Shown here: positions 23,815 to 34,413 of the stretch, piece by piece
Numbering within the stretch: position 1 is the first letter of the stretch
How the letters are laid out: each line of letters opens with the position of its first letter
DNA from: Octopus bimaculoides
Taxonomy: Eukaryota
Length of the DNA stretch: 34,413 bases
Reading direction: 5' to 3'
Assembly: GCF_001194135.2 (NCBI RefSeq)
Contig: NC_069002.1
Span: forward strand, 34,274,168-34,308,580
Position numbers and translations under genes: made by a program
Notes under the pieces: generated by a model
The model's database searches: none
Told to the model about the DNA's origin: nothing
What the model saw: the letters and a program-made list of their open reading frames with translations, nothing else

Positions 23815-23937
23815 ACTACTGAGGTTTGCGTGCTCAGAGAGCCGGAGGAAGTTAAAAGAACACAAAGCTCCTCCGAGAATCGAAATCACTACTTTAGGAT
23901 CGTGAACGGTATGCCCTAACCACTAAGCCAAATGTAT
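23815..23937 (-). mobile_element. tRNA-derived SINE head (family C-like)
   Basis: Reverse complement tggcttagtggttagggc...gatttcgattctcgg (A and B boxes). Confidence 0.6.
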
Positions 23938-23957
23938 GCTGTTATTAATAACCACTT

Positions 23958-24118
23958 GGAGAAGGTGCTTGTCTTCTACTCACCGACTTGAAAGCAACTT
24001 TGGGCAGGAGTATTGATATCATCACGCGGTATTCAATGATCCGGTGCAGAGCCAACCTTCACTCTTTGCCTCTCGCTCCAATGGAAGTAATTTTCCTCCA
24101 TACCAACTGTGCAAGGAA
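23958..24118 (-). mobile_element. Second Hero-like 3' end, inverted and internally deleted
   Basis: Reverse complement ttccttgcacagttggtatggaggaaaattacttccattggagcgagaggcaaagagtgaaggtt matches 21831-21895; gtcggtgagtagaagacaagcaccttct matches 22119-22146. Confidence 0.8.
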
Positions 24119-24154
24119 TCTTCTATAGTCCAGATTGATTTTGTGCACGATAAG

Positions 24155-24194
<40 letters not shown>

Positions 24195-24319
24195 TGTGTG
24201 TATATATATATATATTTCCCCTTTTTATGCATAAATACATATATTTCCTCTTTTCCTTCTCTGGTTTCATCAACTTCAAAAGTAGTTAGTCAAACGAATC
24301 AACTCCACAATTTTAGTGC

Positions 24320-24612
24320 CTCATACTTATTCTACCCATATCGGTTGTCGAATCGCTAAGTTAGAGACATGCACAAACAAGCACCCGTGTTCAAGCGATG
24401 TTAGGTAACAGACATATACAAAGACAAACACACTCTCTCTATCCCTCTCTATCTGTGTCTATATCTCTCTCATATATATATAACACAGGCTTCTTTTAGT
24501 TTCCATCTACCAGTTCCACTCTCAAGGCCTTAATCAGTCTAGGGTTTTAGTAGAAAATACTCACCCAAGATCCCACACCGTAATACTGAACGCCGTTGGG
24601 AAGCAAGCTTAT
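24320..24612 (-). mobile_element. SINE family A, degenerate, with internal microsatellite
   Basis: aagcaagctt, tttccatctacc, ggcttctttta and cggttgtcgaatcgctaagtt are reverse-complement matches to family A. Confidence 0.7.
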
Positions 24613-24632
24613 ATACATATATAGGAAATATG

Positions 24633-25030
24633 CAGGGGGATTAAAAATAACCATCTATTTTAAAATACTAAATTATTTATTAATTGTAAGCTTTACTAAC
24701 AATGGATATGCGAGCAAAGCTTTTTGTGTAAAGTTTAATTAAAAATTAATTAATTAAAAATTAATATGGGCCGAAGATGTTGCCCCACCTTCTTGAATGG
24801 CTTTGGAATTGCGTCAACTTGTTTCACTAGAAACTTTGGTGGGCTGAAAGACATTAGTTTTCGTATTCGCCCTCCAAGTTCTGCCAAAGTCTTTGATTTG
24901 TTACAGTAGATTTGTTCCTTTAGCTAACCTCAAAGAAAGAAGTCACAGAATGTTATTTCGGGACTCCTGCGGACCAAATTTACACATCTATCTCTTGGAG
25001 AAGTGATCATTCAACTGTTTACGAACGACA
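24633..25030 (-). mobile_element. Tc1/mariner-superfamily transposase C-terminal relic with right end (distinct lineage from 10989)
   Basis: Minus frames give QLNDHFSKR and RRSPEITFCDFFL*G*LKEQIYCNKSKTLAELGGRIRKLMSFSPPKFLVKQVDAIP, matching WPPRSPDLTPCDFFLWGYLKE.VY...P.TL.EL..RI. Terminus ...ttatttttaatccccctg. Confidence 0.8.
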
Positions 25031-25182
25031 AAAGCAATACGATTAAAGTTTAAATTCCCATACTACAAAAAAAAAAAAAAAATACAATTGATAAATAATT
25101 TATAAGTATTTAAAATAGGACTGTCAGTGATGCTATACCTGTGTATGTTCGTTTATATATACATAATTACATGCATATATAT

Positions 25183-25219
25183 NNNNNNNNNNNNNNNNNN
25201 NNNNNNNNNNNNNNNNNNN
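25183..25219. other. Assembly gap (N)
   Basis: N run. Confidence 0.99.
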
Positions 25220-25542
25220 TATATATATATAAGCGTCACATACATATGTATGTCGTTTCCCGGTACAATAGTCTTATACGCTGTAGGATCTTGATAACTT
25301 ACACCACCTGTGGTTCTATTGAAATTTAGACAGGGGTGTATTCTCTGATGGTGGGCATTTATGCATTGCACTTTTTAATTGGACTTAAATTTAACTTCTC
25401 ACAAACGCATTGCATGCTGAGATGCTTAACCTCAAATATTCAAATATTTATAACATGTGACGCATTTATTGATATTGTCAAGCTGTGAGTAATTACGATA
25501 TAGTAATGGGCGTAGTCATGCTGCAATTTATCCTGCTAATAA

Positions 25543-25544
<2 letters not shown>

Positions 25545-25580
<36 letters not shown>

Positions 25581-25689
25581 ATATAATTTATATGTATATC
25601 ATATATATATATATATAATATATATGTATGCCATATATATATATATAATATATATGTATGCCATATATATATGTATAATATATATGTAT

Positions 25690-25725
<36 letters not shown>

Positions 25726-25735
25726 ATATAATATA
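25545..25735. repeat. (TA)n microsatellite with an embedded ~30-bp higher-order unit x3
   Basis: atatatat(at)atatataatatatatgtatgcc repeated between 25601 and 25692. Confidence 0.85.
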
Positions 25736-25740
25736 ATACA

Positions 25741-25990
25741 CGAATAATAATGTTCGACCGCCTTTGACGATGATAACCAAGATATCTGATGGGAAAAGAG
25801 GATAGGCCACTGCGCGTTCGTCTCTGGCCTATTAGGCCGGTCAGTGCACGGAAGCTTCTGCCGCAGGTCGGGCACTGGTTGTTTGCTAGGAATAACTACA
25901 ATCTATTGGCTTTGTCTTGAGCAACTTAGCCGTCTATGTGACCCTTCGATTCTTTTATGCTGGTAGGATGTGGCATCGTCAGTTTAGGCT
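25741..25990 (-). mobile_element. RTE-clade LINE 3' end with decayed C-terminal C2H2 finger and short (ATT)n tail
   Basis: Minus frame NNQCPTCGRSFRALTGLIGQRRTR matches CP.C.R.FRA.IGL.SH.RTH, followed by ttggttatcatcgtcaaaggcggtcgaacattattatt. Confidence 0.75.
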
Positions 25991-27164
25991 TTGAGAGAAA
26001 CGGTGAATCTCTTTTTCTGCCTACCCTGTGTTCGCTTACCTTTTGCCAATTAAGTGCATGGTCTCTCTCTCTATATATATATGTGTGTGTGTGTTTGTAT
26101 GTGTGTGTGAGAGAGAGAGAGAGAGAGAATGCGTGTATGCGAGCGCGTACTTTTAACGTATGTAGTAGATATATAACCAGGGGAAATATAATTATTTTTC
26201 CATACATTGAAGAGATGACGAACAGACTTGATTTACGTTCGAACTGCATTGGGTACTCATCAGAAGTATTTCTCTCTATCACTTTCGCTAGTGACAGATA
26301 CCTAAGCCTCCCATCTGCTTATAGGCTCAACAATCCCAGTAGTTACAGAGAACTGTAGCTCCCAATTCGTATGCCGTCTTTTTAAACTTTAATTACTATC
26401 AGCGGCCTTTCAACGGCAAACTCAGTCTACGCTCCATGCAGTAACAAAGTATGATACAATATGGAGTTGATATATAAACAGGACAAATATAACAGTTTCT
26501 CCGTAGATTGGTTACACGTTACAGTGTTGTGTATAACGTCGTAAGATGTCACTATTCACCTCTCTATTTACGTGTGGATACGCCTGTTTGTAACCCAATG
26601 TGTGTGTGTGTTGTGCTGATCGAAATATTAAAATTTTTGTGTACATTTTCCACGAACTATTTTTAAAAACAAAAGAAAGTGTTGAGTGAACTAGAATTGC
26701 ATGAAAATACCTTGCACGAAGAAGATATGAACCGAGTTGGAGAAGGGTGGAGGGGAGAAATGAGTTAATCTGTGTGAAGGTAACTTGAAAGCTGGTGCTG
26801 AAATATTCGCCATTTTCGACCTCTTTTAAATAGCGACTTTCGTTTTCTTCTTTTATTTTCTTCATATTTGAAATTTTTCTATTTATTTTTCTTTTCTTGT
26901 CATCGTCTTTCATACATGGTTTATATCCTTTGATGTCTTTTCTTTCGATCGTCCATTGAACCGATACAAGATAATAATAACGCTTTCTTCGTGTTTCGTC
27001 GAGTATGAAAACTGTATGTTGGCCTACGCGAGTTCTGATTAATTTATTAAGATTGCTTCTGTTATGTATTAAAAGAAGAAAACAAAAAAAAAGGACAACG
27101 CAAACAAAACAAACAAATTTCTGGTTTTGTGTAGGTTTTATGAGATTCTGCTATGCAAATAAGA

Positions 27165-27184
27165 AATATATATGTGTGTATATA

Positions 27185-27231
<47 letters not shown>

Positions 27232-27232
27232 G

Positions 27233-27281
<49 letters not shown>

Positions 27282-27800
27282 GTATATATATATGTATATA
27301 TATATATGTATATATATGTATATATATATGTATATATATATGTATANNNNNNNNNNNNNNNNNNNNNNNNNNNNNNNNNNNNNNNNNNNNNNNNNNNNNN
27401 NNNNNNNNNNNNNNNNNNNNNNNNNNNNNNNNNNNNNNNNNNNNNNNNNNNNNNNNNNNNNNNNNNNNNNNNNNNNNNNNNNNNNNNNNNNNNNNNNNNN
27501 NNNNNNNNNNNNNNNNNNNNNNNNNNNNNNNNNNNNNNNNNNNNNNNNNNNNNNNNNNNNNNNNNNNNNNNNNNNNNNNNNNNNNNNNNNNNNNNNNNNN
27601 NNNNNNNNNNNNNNNNNNNNNNNNNNNNNNNNNNNNNNNNNNNNNNNNNNNNNNNNNNNNNNNNNNNNNNNNNNNNNNNNNNNNNNNNNNNNNNNNNNNN
27701 NNNNNNNNNNNNNNNNNNNNNNNNNNNNNNNNNNNNNNNNNNNNNNNNNNNNNNNNNNNNNNNNNNNNNNNNNTATATATATATATATATATATATGTCT
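27165..27800. repeat. (TA/TATG)n microsatellite containing assembly gap 27347-27773
   Basis: Direct inspection. Confidence 0.97.
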
Positions 27801-28094
27801 GTGTGTATGTGTATTTACGTTTAAGTACATATATATGTGCATGTGTGCATGTATGTATGTCTGTGTGTGTGTGAAATGAGAAAAAAATACTTGAAATCGC
27901 TGACTATTAGAAGATTTTCAGTTTAATTAGTGTGAAGTAGAAGAAACACAAATTCGGAAAAATATCAAAGGTGGTAAAAAAACAAAAAAACAAACTGATT
28001 TCATTTCATAATTCTTGATACAATGGCAACATTAATGTCGCCAGCACCACTACAACCACCGCCACCGCTAACACCCCACTTTATTTTCATTATC

Positions 28095-28125
<31 letters not shown>

Positions 28126-28244
28126 TTTATTATTATTATTATTGTTATCGTCTACTTTGCTAACGGAGTTGTTTTCGTTATGATCAATTATCGTCATCAT
28201 CATTAACATAATTGGCGTCACCGCTACCATCGCACCATCAATAG

Positions 28245-28635
28245 CAAATTTTATATTAGCAGCACAAGATCAAAGCTTGCTTATCAAAAACTACCAGGTT
28301 AACCTTCTTCAAAACGGTTATGACCCTAAATGCAGATTCTGCGATACATTTGATGAAACAATGGACAATTTCTTTCGGGATGTCCTGTGCTGAAACCAAA
28401 CGAATACAAACAATCAACACGATACGGTAGGACAGTATTTATATTGCAAAATATGTAAACACTACCACATCGGCACTCCTGCTTCCTGGTATGAACATCG
28501 TCCTGAGCCAGTCGTTGAAGGTATACATGTCACTATCCTCTGAGATTTTCAAGTCAACACCACGATCCAGGCTAATCTAAAAGGCATAGTCATTAAAGAT
28601 GGGGAAGAAAATATTTGTAGACTAATAGATGTAGA
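28245..28635 (+). mobile_element. R4/Dong-like non-LTR relic: CCHC zinc knuckle and start of the restriction-like endonuclease
   Basis: Across two frameshifts: FILAAQDQSLLIKNYQ...DPKCRFC...ETMDN..SGCPVL...HDTVGQYLYCKICKHY...WYEHRPEPVVEG..VTIL*DF...IQAN...IVIKD...CRLIDV. Confidence 0.9.
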
Positions 28636-28671
28636 CTAATAGATGTAGACTAATAGATGTAGACTAATAGA
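28616..28671 (+). repeat. Perfect 14-bp tandem repeat x4 (tgtagactaataga)
   Basis: Four identical units at 28616, 28630, 28644, 28658. Confidence 0.97.
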
Positions 28672-29495
28672 CCATTCCGCAAGCTAAACGAAGTATCTAC
28701 CCTTGTTTAGATAGTTTACGAACGCCATCATTTCACATTCTCTACTCCTATCTATTTTTCCCTTTCTCTCTCTAATTTTCTGTTTCTCTTTCTTTTATTT
28801 CTTTTTCTTCTTTTCCACTGTTTTATTTCACCCCTACATATTCACTCATTTAATTTTTCCTTCTGTTTCTTTCGCCTGTAACAACATACTTGTATAAGCA
28901 TACATCAGGAGATTTGGTGTGCTCATACATAAAAATGCATTTGTATATATCTATGTCTTGCCTATATATGTCTGTGTATCTATGTAGTTATGTACCTGCG
29001 TCTGTATTTTTAGTCTATATACGTATATCATAAATTGCTTGATATATGTGTATATTGCTAAATGTATATGTAATCTAGCGTGAAAAAATGTTAAACGGAT
29101 CTTTTAATTCATTAATTTATTAATATTTTACAGCTTACTATTTACCCTGGGTATTCAGGGCTTTTCCTTCTTTATAAACTACTTTTGATTTAATGTTTTT
29201 TGCGATTTTAATATCATTTTAAACTGCAGTTTTTTTTATTGCATGCAACCGGTTAGTTGAAAAGACCGTTAGTTGAAAGGACCAATGAAACACATCCAAT
29301 TTCAAAGCGCTTGTGTTTCTGCATATAACTTTACCTTGCTCCATTCTAAATAGAACTAACCGACGAACGGGAAGGTAAAACTCTGAGCAACAGTTTTTGT
29401 GATATTCTTGTTGCTTTTTAATAAAGCATATTACTCTACCTCCGGTATTCGAGTAAAATTTTTCCACCTTGTTACGCATTTATGTGCTTACTCTG

Positions 29496-29543
<48 letters not shown>

Positions 29544-30949
29544 GTTTGTGTTTGTAAGTTGACAGATACATAGTTAGGAACACTTTCTCTAGGTTTACAC
29601 GTTCCTTCCACGTTCTTCTTACCCACGCTATATTCACCAGTGAAGGCAGTAATTATCTCTTACATTACTATTCACCATTATTTTGCTGTTTGCATTTCAA
29701 TGGAAGCCAAGTATTACTGCAGTCAACTACTTAGAGCTGCTGAACAGAAATAATTAGTTAATTGCATCGAAACAACCTGTCTCGAAGAGCAAGGGTTGGC
29801 CATGGAAATAGTAATTTTCTTTGGTATAAATTTTAAAAAGTACAATGCAGAGATCATGTCACTTGGCAGATGTGGGTGTATGAAATATGCGTACAGGTGT
29901 GATAATAACGAAATATTATAGGTAGCTGGAAGTCGTAATATAAGGTTGTGTAGCTGATATTGTTGTCAGGTTACAAATATCTTATTGTGGAAGTTATTTA
30001 ATTTCATGTGAGAAGTATCTGGCGAGAGAATCTAGAATCTGTTCGAATATGGTTAACAACATAATGGTTCTTATGTTGATCGGCAGAATGGATGCAGAGA
30101 GTTTTTAGCGCAAAGGATGGAGAAAGAAGCGAGCAGATGATTATGAAATGAAAAGTGGATATATTTGTAATGTTTTAGATATAACCTGGTAACACATAAA
30201 AGTCAGATGAGCGAGGAGGTGGGATACAGAATGTAATGAAAATATCTCATAAAAAATTAATGAAAATATGTTGGTTGACAGAATTAATAGTGTTATTAAA
30301 TGGTAGGTGATAAGGAGCTTGTATTAACGGAAGTACATATGTGTGTTTGTGCGTGTGAGTGCATTTGCAGATGTACATCTCTGATAAAAACAGGTATACA
30401 TACACACACGCACACACACACACACATATATATGTATATATGTATTAGCCATTGAAATATTGTTAATAAGACGCCTACGAATTTCTCAAAGTACATACGG
30501 TAACAAGAGCGATAAAAGATTTTGACTTAAAATGGAAGAGTTGCCAGCATCTAAGACATAATAGATAAAAATTGAAAAAGAATGCAATAATAAAATATGC
30601 AGTTTATTTGTCTATGCACCGTATTTCCTTCCTAGCTCTCTCTTAGCACCAAGTATAAGACTCGCTAACACATTGTCAGTTCTTACATAAATACACACAT
30701 TTCATGCATTATATTCCTAATGGCTTTCATATATATTATATCTTGAATCGTGTACGTGATGGCTTTTATAATGAAGATATTGGTGTCACATCACACGACT
30801 TTAATTAAGTCTATATTATATATCTTGAAGATAAAGAAGATAATTCAATAAACAAAATTTAAACGTTTATCATTCTTAGCAAATTTCTCATTTATCCAAA
30901 GCTATGGCTTCAACGTCGTGTCTTGACCTGGTAGAATCAAGGAAACTTT

Positions 30950-31165
30950 CTTCCGTAAACTTATACCAAGTGGTGACAGTATCTTAACGACTGAGGTCTT
31001 TTACCATTGCCCAGACTATTGCAACAGATCTTCCCAGTTCTATGGTATAACTGATTCCCATCTCTCCATTTCTTACAACATAATTCAAAGACCTGCACCG
31101 CTTTCCTTCTTCTGATACAACCTTGGTTTTATAGTTACGAAAATGTGTATATATCGAAAAATATA
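30950..31165 (-). mobile_element. Highly decayed Ty3/gypsy RNase H-like relic
   Basis: Scattered minus-strand motifs TKVVSE, ESGAGL, YTIE...AIVWAM.K and YGRKFSLI in the expected order (cf. T.V.ADAS..GLGAVL...E.LAIVWA..KF..YLYGRKF.L). Confidence 0.4.
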
Positions 31166-31359
31166 ATCACCTGTTCGGAACTTTTTCTTTCATATCTGTC
31201 GTCCAGTAAAAAGCAGCCAACCTAAACAAAAGCAAATTACTAAAACCAGAATATACTTATCTAGTATCTCCTTAAATATTCAAGATAGTAAACTCGTCCA
31301 ATACCAAGAGAGGACACAATGAGACGTAGTGAATCCGAGCTATACATATGACTAATATT

Positions 31360-31560
31360 TGGTTTCAAATTTTGGTATGTGGACCGCTAGTTTGAGGAAG
31401 GATGTAAGCCGTTTACACCGTCCCCATTGCTTGGTACTTTATCCATACCGAAGTATGAAATGTAAAGTTGACGTTTGCGAAAATAGAACTCAAAACATAA
31501 AGGCAGATGAAATACCACTAAGCATATGGTGCGCTAATGATTCTGCCTGCTCGCCTACCA
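31360..31560 (-). mobile_element. SINE family B, degenerate
   Basis: Reverse complement taggcgagcaggcagaatcattagcgc...cttagtggtatttcatctgcc...caactttacatttc...aaagtaccaag. Confidence 0.65.
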
Positions 31561-31702
31561 TTTAAAATTATAAATGACTAAGTCAATGGTAAGTGACATG
31601 TATATCAACAACAAACTTAACAATATGCGTGATTAACACGGCATAAACTTGCATCAAGCTGGTAGGATAAGAAATGATTCGTTATTACTATTTTACCATT
31701 AT

Positions 31703-31752
31703 TAAGGCAGCGAATTGACAGATTTGCTGACGTCTCTGACAAAGTACCTAAC
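31703..31752 (+). mobile_element. SINE family B head fragment
   Basis: taaggcagcgaattgacaga...ctgacaaagtacctaac. Confidence 0.4.
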
Positions 31753-32521
31753 ATTATTTATCCGTTTTTTTTTGTGTATTCGTTGATCCAATCTTGCTGC
31801 GGTTATCAACGAATTCATACTTTCATTGTCAATAAGAAGAGTACCACCCAACCACTTGAATTGAAGAAATCGGTTGGTTTACACTTTCTTAAATATTTAT
31901 CGGCTGTGCGCCATAGTTTTAACCATTTTCAGTTATTCCGAATCTCATGTCATATAATTTATATCGTTATCAAAATTATAGCCGTAATTTTGAGTTCACT
32001 ACCAACCATGGACATGTGTTCATAGTTTGCGATGCTGACGCGCGTGCAGTTATCGTGTAACTTCGGTTCTTTGTCGTTTTGTACGTACACATTTACAGAT
32101 GATGTTGGAGGGGCCATTTCTAGCCCCAAACTATATTTTCACAATGGTTTGCGTTAGGAGAATCAGGACATGGCGTTCATTTCATTCCCTCTAGGATGGC
32201 GATACATTCTATCATCATGGCCCTCCAGTTACTTTTCTTCTCCCTTATATAAAATCCTCTGCCCACCTAGGAATATTGGTGTCTCTTTTTTCTGTCTTTT
32301 TAATACTTTTCTTTGGTTTAAAGTTTATTTTATTATTGTTGCTCTTGGTTGCAATTATTTAAATTACTGGCATTAAAAGCTTTGTGTGAAGTGCGGCACC
32401 AAGGGCCTTTTAGTGGTTCTTCGCCAAATCACAGTAGTCCTTTATTCTTTGTCAATCTTCTGTTCTCTCGTCCAATCTTAAAGCTTTAATTTTCATACTA
32501 GTATATATGAAGGCATCTCCT

Positions 32522-32615
32522 AATCTTCAGAAATGCTTGTGTATTGTATCTTCAGAATCTCCACTAATGCTTGTATATTGTATAAAATAATCTCCAGAAA
32601 TGCTTGTATATCGTA
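32522..32615. repeat. Imperfect ~28-35-bp tandem repeat x3
   Basis: aatctYca.aaatgcttgtRtatYgtat at about 32522, 32557, 32588. Confidence 0.75.
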
Positions 32616-32649
32616 TAAGATACTCGTTTCATAACTTGTCCCAAGCTTA

Positions 32650-33000
32650 GCAATTTCGTTGGGAGGGGTTCAGTCGATTACAACAACACCAGTTCCCAAC
32701 TGGTGCTTACTCTATCGACTCGAAAGGTTGAAAGACAAATATGACTTCGGTGATATTTGAACTCAGAACGTTTGAATGGACGGAATGCTGCTAAGCATTC
32801 TGCGCTAACGATTCTTTTCTACTCTAGGGATAAGGCACAACATTTTTGGGGAGAGGGCAAGTGGATTAGATCAACACCAGTACGAAAGTGGTACTCAATT
32901 TATCGCCCCGGAAAGGATAAAAGGCAAAGGCGACCTCGGCGGAATTTGAACTCAGAAAGTAACGACAGACAAAACACCGTTAAGCATTTCGCCAGCACCG
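32650..33000 (-). mobile_element. Two head-to-tail SINE family B copies (32650-32815 and 32816-33000)
   Basis: Both contain gaaagg.t.aaag.caaa..cgac.tcgg.g..atttgaactcagaa...taagcatt. Confidence 0.8.
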
Positions 33001-33049
33001 TCCCCTCGTATAAAGATATTAAGTATTGACACAAATTTGTGTCCCGTGT

Positions 33050-33580
33050 TCCTTCTTTCTTTCTTTTTTTCTTTTTTCCCTTCTCTCTTTCTCTCCCTTG
33101 CGACACTTTAATTTGAGTAATGTAATACTTAATCTCTTTTCTTCTACCACCACATTTAAAGGTCCCAATAACAGAATTTTCTAACTGTATGGAAACGCTC
33201 TTCTCTTCTTTATCACCTTCATCTCTGCTACTTTTTCCTTCTGCCCTTGTTTCTTATCTTTCTTTCTTCTTTTTCATGCTTTTTCACTCATTATCTCCTT
33301 TCTCCTCATAATTCGATCGACATTTCTTTCTATATATTTGTCCCACCCCACTCTCTCCACTTAACCTTTTTATTACCTCATCCATCCACCGTGTCACCTT
33401 TTAACTGTCTTTCTCCGTTTTCTTCTTTACCCGTCTTCCTTTCTGCTTTTCTGTTTCTCACCCCGCACACCCTTTTATGTTTCAGCCACTCCTACACCTT
33501 CCTCTCTTTGTTAATACCCTTACCCTATTCCAGTCCCTGTCTTAATCTCTCGACCATTATTATGCTCACATATTTTTTCT
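33050..33580. repeat. Long C/T-rich low-complexity tract
   Basis: Strong pyrimidine skew on the plus strand over ~530 nt. Confidence 0.75.
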
Positions 33581-33581
33581 T

Positions 33582-33800
33582 AAAACGGTGAATTGGCAGA
33601 GTCGTTAGCACACCGCGAGAAAAGCTTAGCGGTATTTCGCCCGTTGCTACGTTCTTAGATCAAATACCGCCGAGGTCGACTTTACCGTTCATCCTTTCGG
33701 GGTCGATTAATTAAGCACCAGTTAAACACTGGTGTCGATATAATCCACTATACTCCTCCCTCAAATTTCAGGCCTTGTGTCTTTAGTCGAAAGGATTATT
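33582..33800 (+). mobile_element. SINE family B, near full length
   Basis: ggtgaattggcagagtcgttagcac...gcttagcggtatttcg...ccgccgaggtcgactttaccgttcatcctttcggggtcgattaattaagcaccagtt...ggccttgtgtct. Confidence 0.9.
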
Positions 33801-33926
33801 ACGTACACTTTTGTCTTCCTCCCTAAAACAGGAGCCAGGTGACAATCCAGTTTCAATAAGTACTCTTGCCTTGATTGCTCGCTTCAGCATTACATTTCGT
33901 TTTCTCAGCCGCAATTATAAACTTAC

Positions 33927-34053
33927 TTTCAGATTTTGTTTTATCTTTATTTTTGTCATACATTTCTTTTCCAAGAACAAAAGGCGCACAATGTTTTTTA
34001 TTTGCGTTAATTTCACGCATACGTTTTGCTAAGTCTGTCCTATAACCGTACGG
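33927..34053 (-). CDS. Candidate exon (PYGYRTDLAKRMREINANKKHCAPFVLGKEMYDKNKDKTKSE)
   Basis: Perfect donor GAAA|gtaagt at 33926 and an open frame, but a weak acceptor (ataacaag|). Confidence 0.28.
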
Positions 34054-34275
34054 CTTGTTATATATGAACATACTCTATCATTTTTCTTATGGTAAATCTT
34101 TCGTTATTGACTTTATGCTGTGCTGTTGTATTTATATTCTTCTCCTCTTCATAACTCTTAATATTTATCGTTCGATTAGGCCACTACGTCTGATTTTTGT
34201 ACTAGTCATATTCTGTTATTCATATTCTCTGAGCAGTATTTTACTGTTCATGCCACAAATTCGGACAATACTAAC

Positions 34276-34324
34276 CACAAAGCATCGAAATTGTAATAAT
34301 TTTTCCCAATCTTCTTTCATCGTT
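34276..34324 (-). CDS. Candidate exon (TMKEDWEKLLQFRCFV)
   Basis: Acceptor tttgtctctgcag| and donor |gttagt. Ends in phase 0, compatible with the 34053 exon. Confidence 0.3.
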
Positions 34325-34354
34325 CTGCAGAGACAAATTTCAGATATTGACTTA

Positions 34355-34362
34355 TATATATG

Positions 34363-34413
<51 letters not shown>
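34355..34413. repeat. (TA)n microsatellite; representative of many others (e.g. 28-52, 2659-2740, 4642-4686, 8855-8900, 9209-9260, 9760-9785, 10940-10976, 19805-19855, 24155-24215, 29499-29540)
   Basis: Direct inspection. Confidence 0.98.

Noticed and set aside
25328-25348. RQGCILS RT-like motif
   Set aside because: Seven codons in isolation.
25800-25845. GC-rich hairpin ataggcca...tggcctat considered as a ribozyme or structured RNA
   Set aside because: Explained as RTE zinc-finger coding sequence on the minus strand; no hammerhead (CTGATGA...GAAA) or HDV core found.
3686-27879. Long ORFs full of YIYI/CVCV/HTHT and X residues (e.g. 11745-12506, 11885-12715, 27005-27874)
   Set aside because: They are translations of (TA)n/(TG)n microsatellites and N gaps, which lack stop codons by construction.
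28616-28671. CRISPR-like array
   Set aside because: Contiguous 14-bp units without spacers, in a eukaryotic context.
29815-29930. Possible CR1-type RT remnant (FGINFKKYNAEIMSLGR)
   Set aside because: One short fuzzy motif with no corroborating downstream motifs.
11474-32160. Isolated strong acceptors at 11474, 17181, 20347, 26213 and 32099
   Set aside because: No consistent donor or phase chain and no recognisable peptide; such sites are expected by chance in T-rich DNA.

Overview
AT-rich eukaryotic DNA, dense in repeats, with six N-gaps. The (TA)n/(CA)n/(AAT)n microsatellite load and three recurring tRNA-derived SINE families match my recollection of Octopus (coleoid cephalopod) genomes; the species call is inference. 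No complete gene, RNA gene, CRISPR array or prokaryotic system is supported, and most listed ORFs are microsatellite or gap artefacts. Supported content: about 17 SINE copies or fragments; two Tc1/mariner transposase relics; non-LTR relics of R4/Dong-like, Hero-like and RTE type; a weak Ty3/gypsy RNase H relic; and a 320-bp foldback/MITE. Unconfirmed short-intron exon clusters lie at both window ends. The most unusual unexplained signal is a 21-nt periodic tract at about 5520-6100 that reads on the minus strand as a decayed Ile-heptad coiled coil (IDKINxx)n. All family assignments come from remembered motifs, not database searches.
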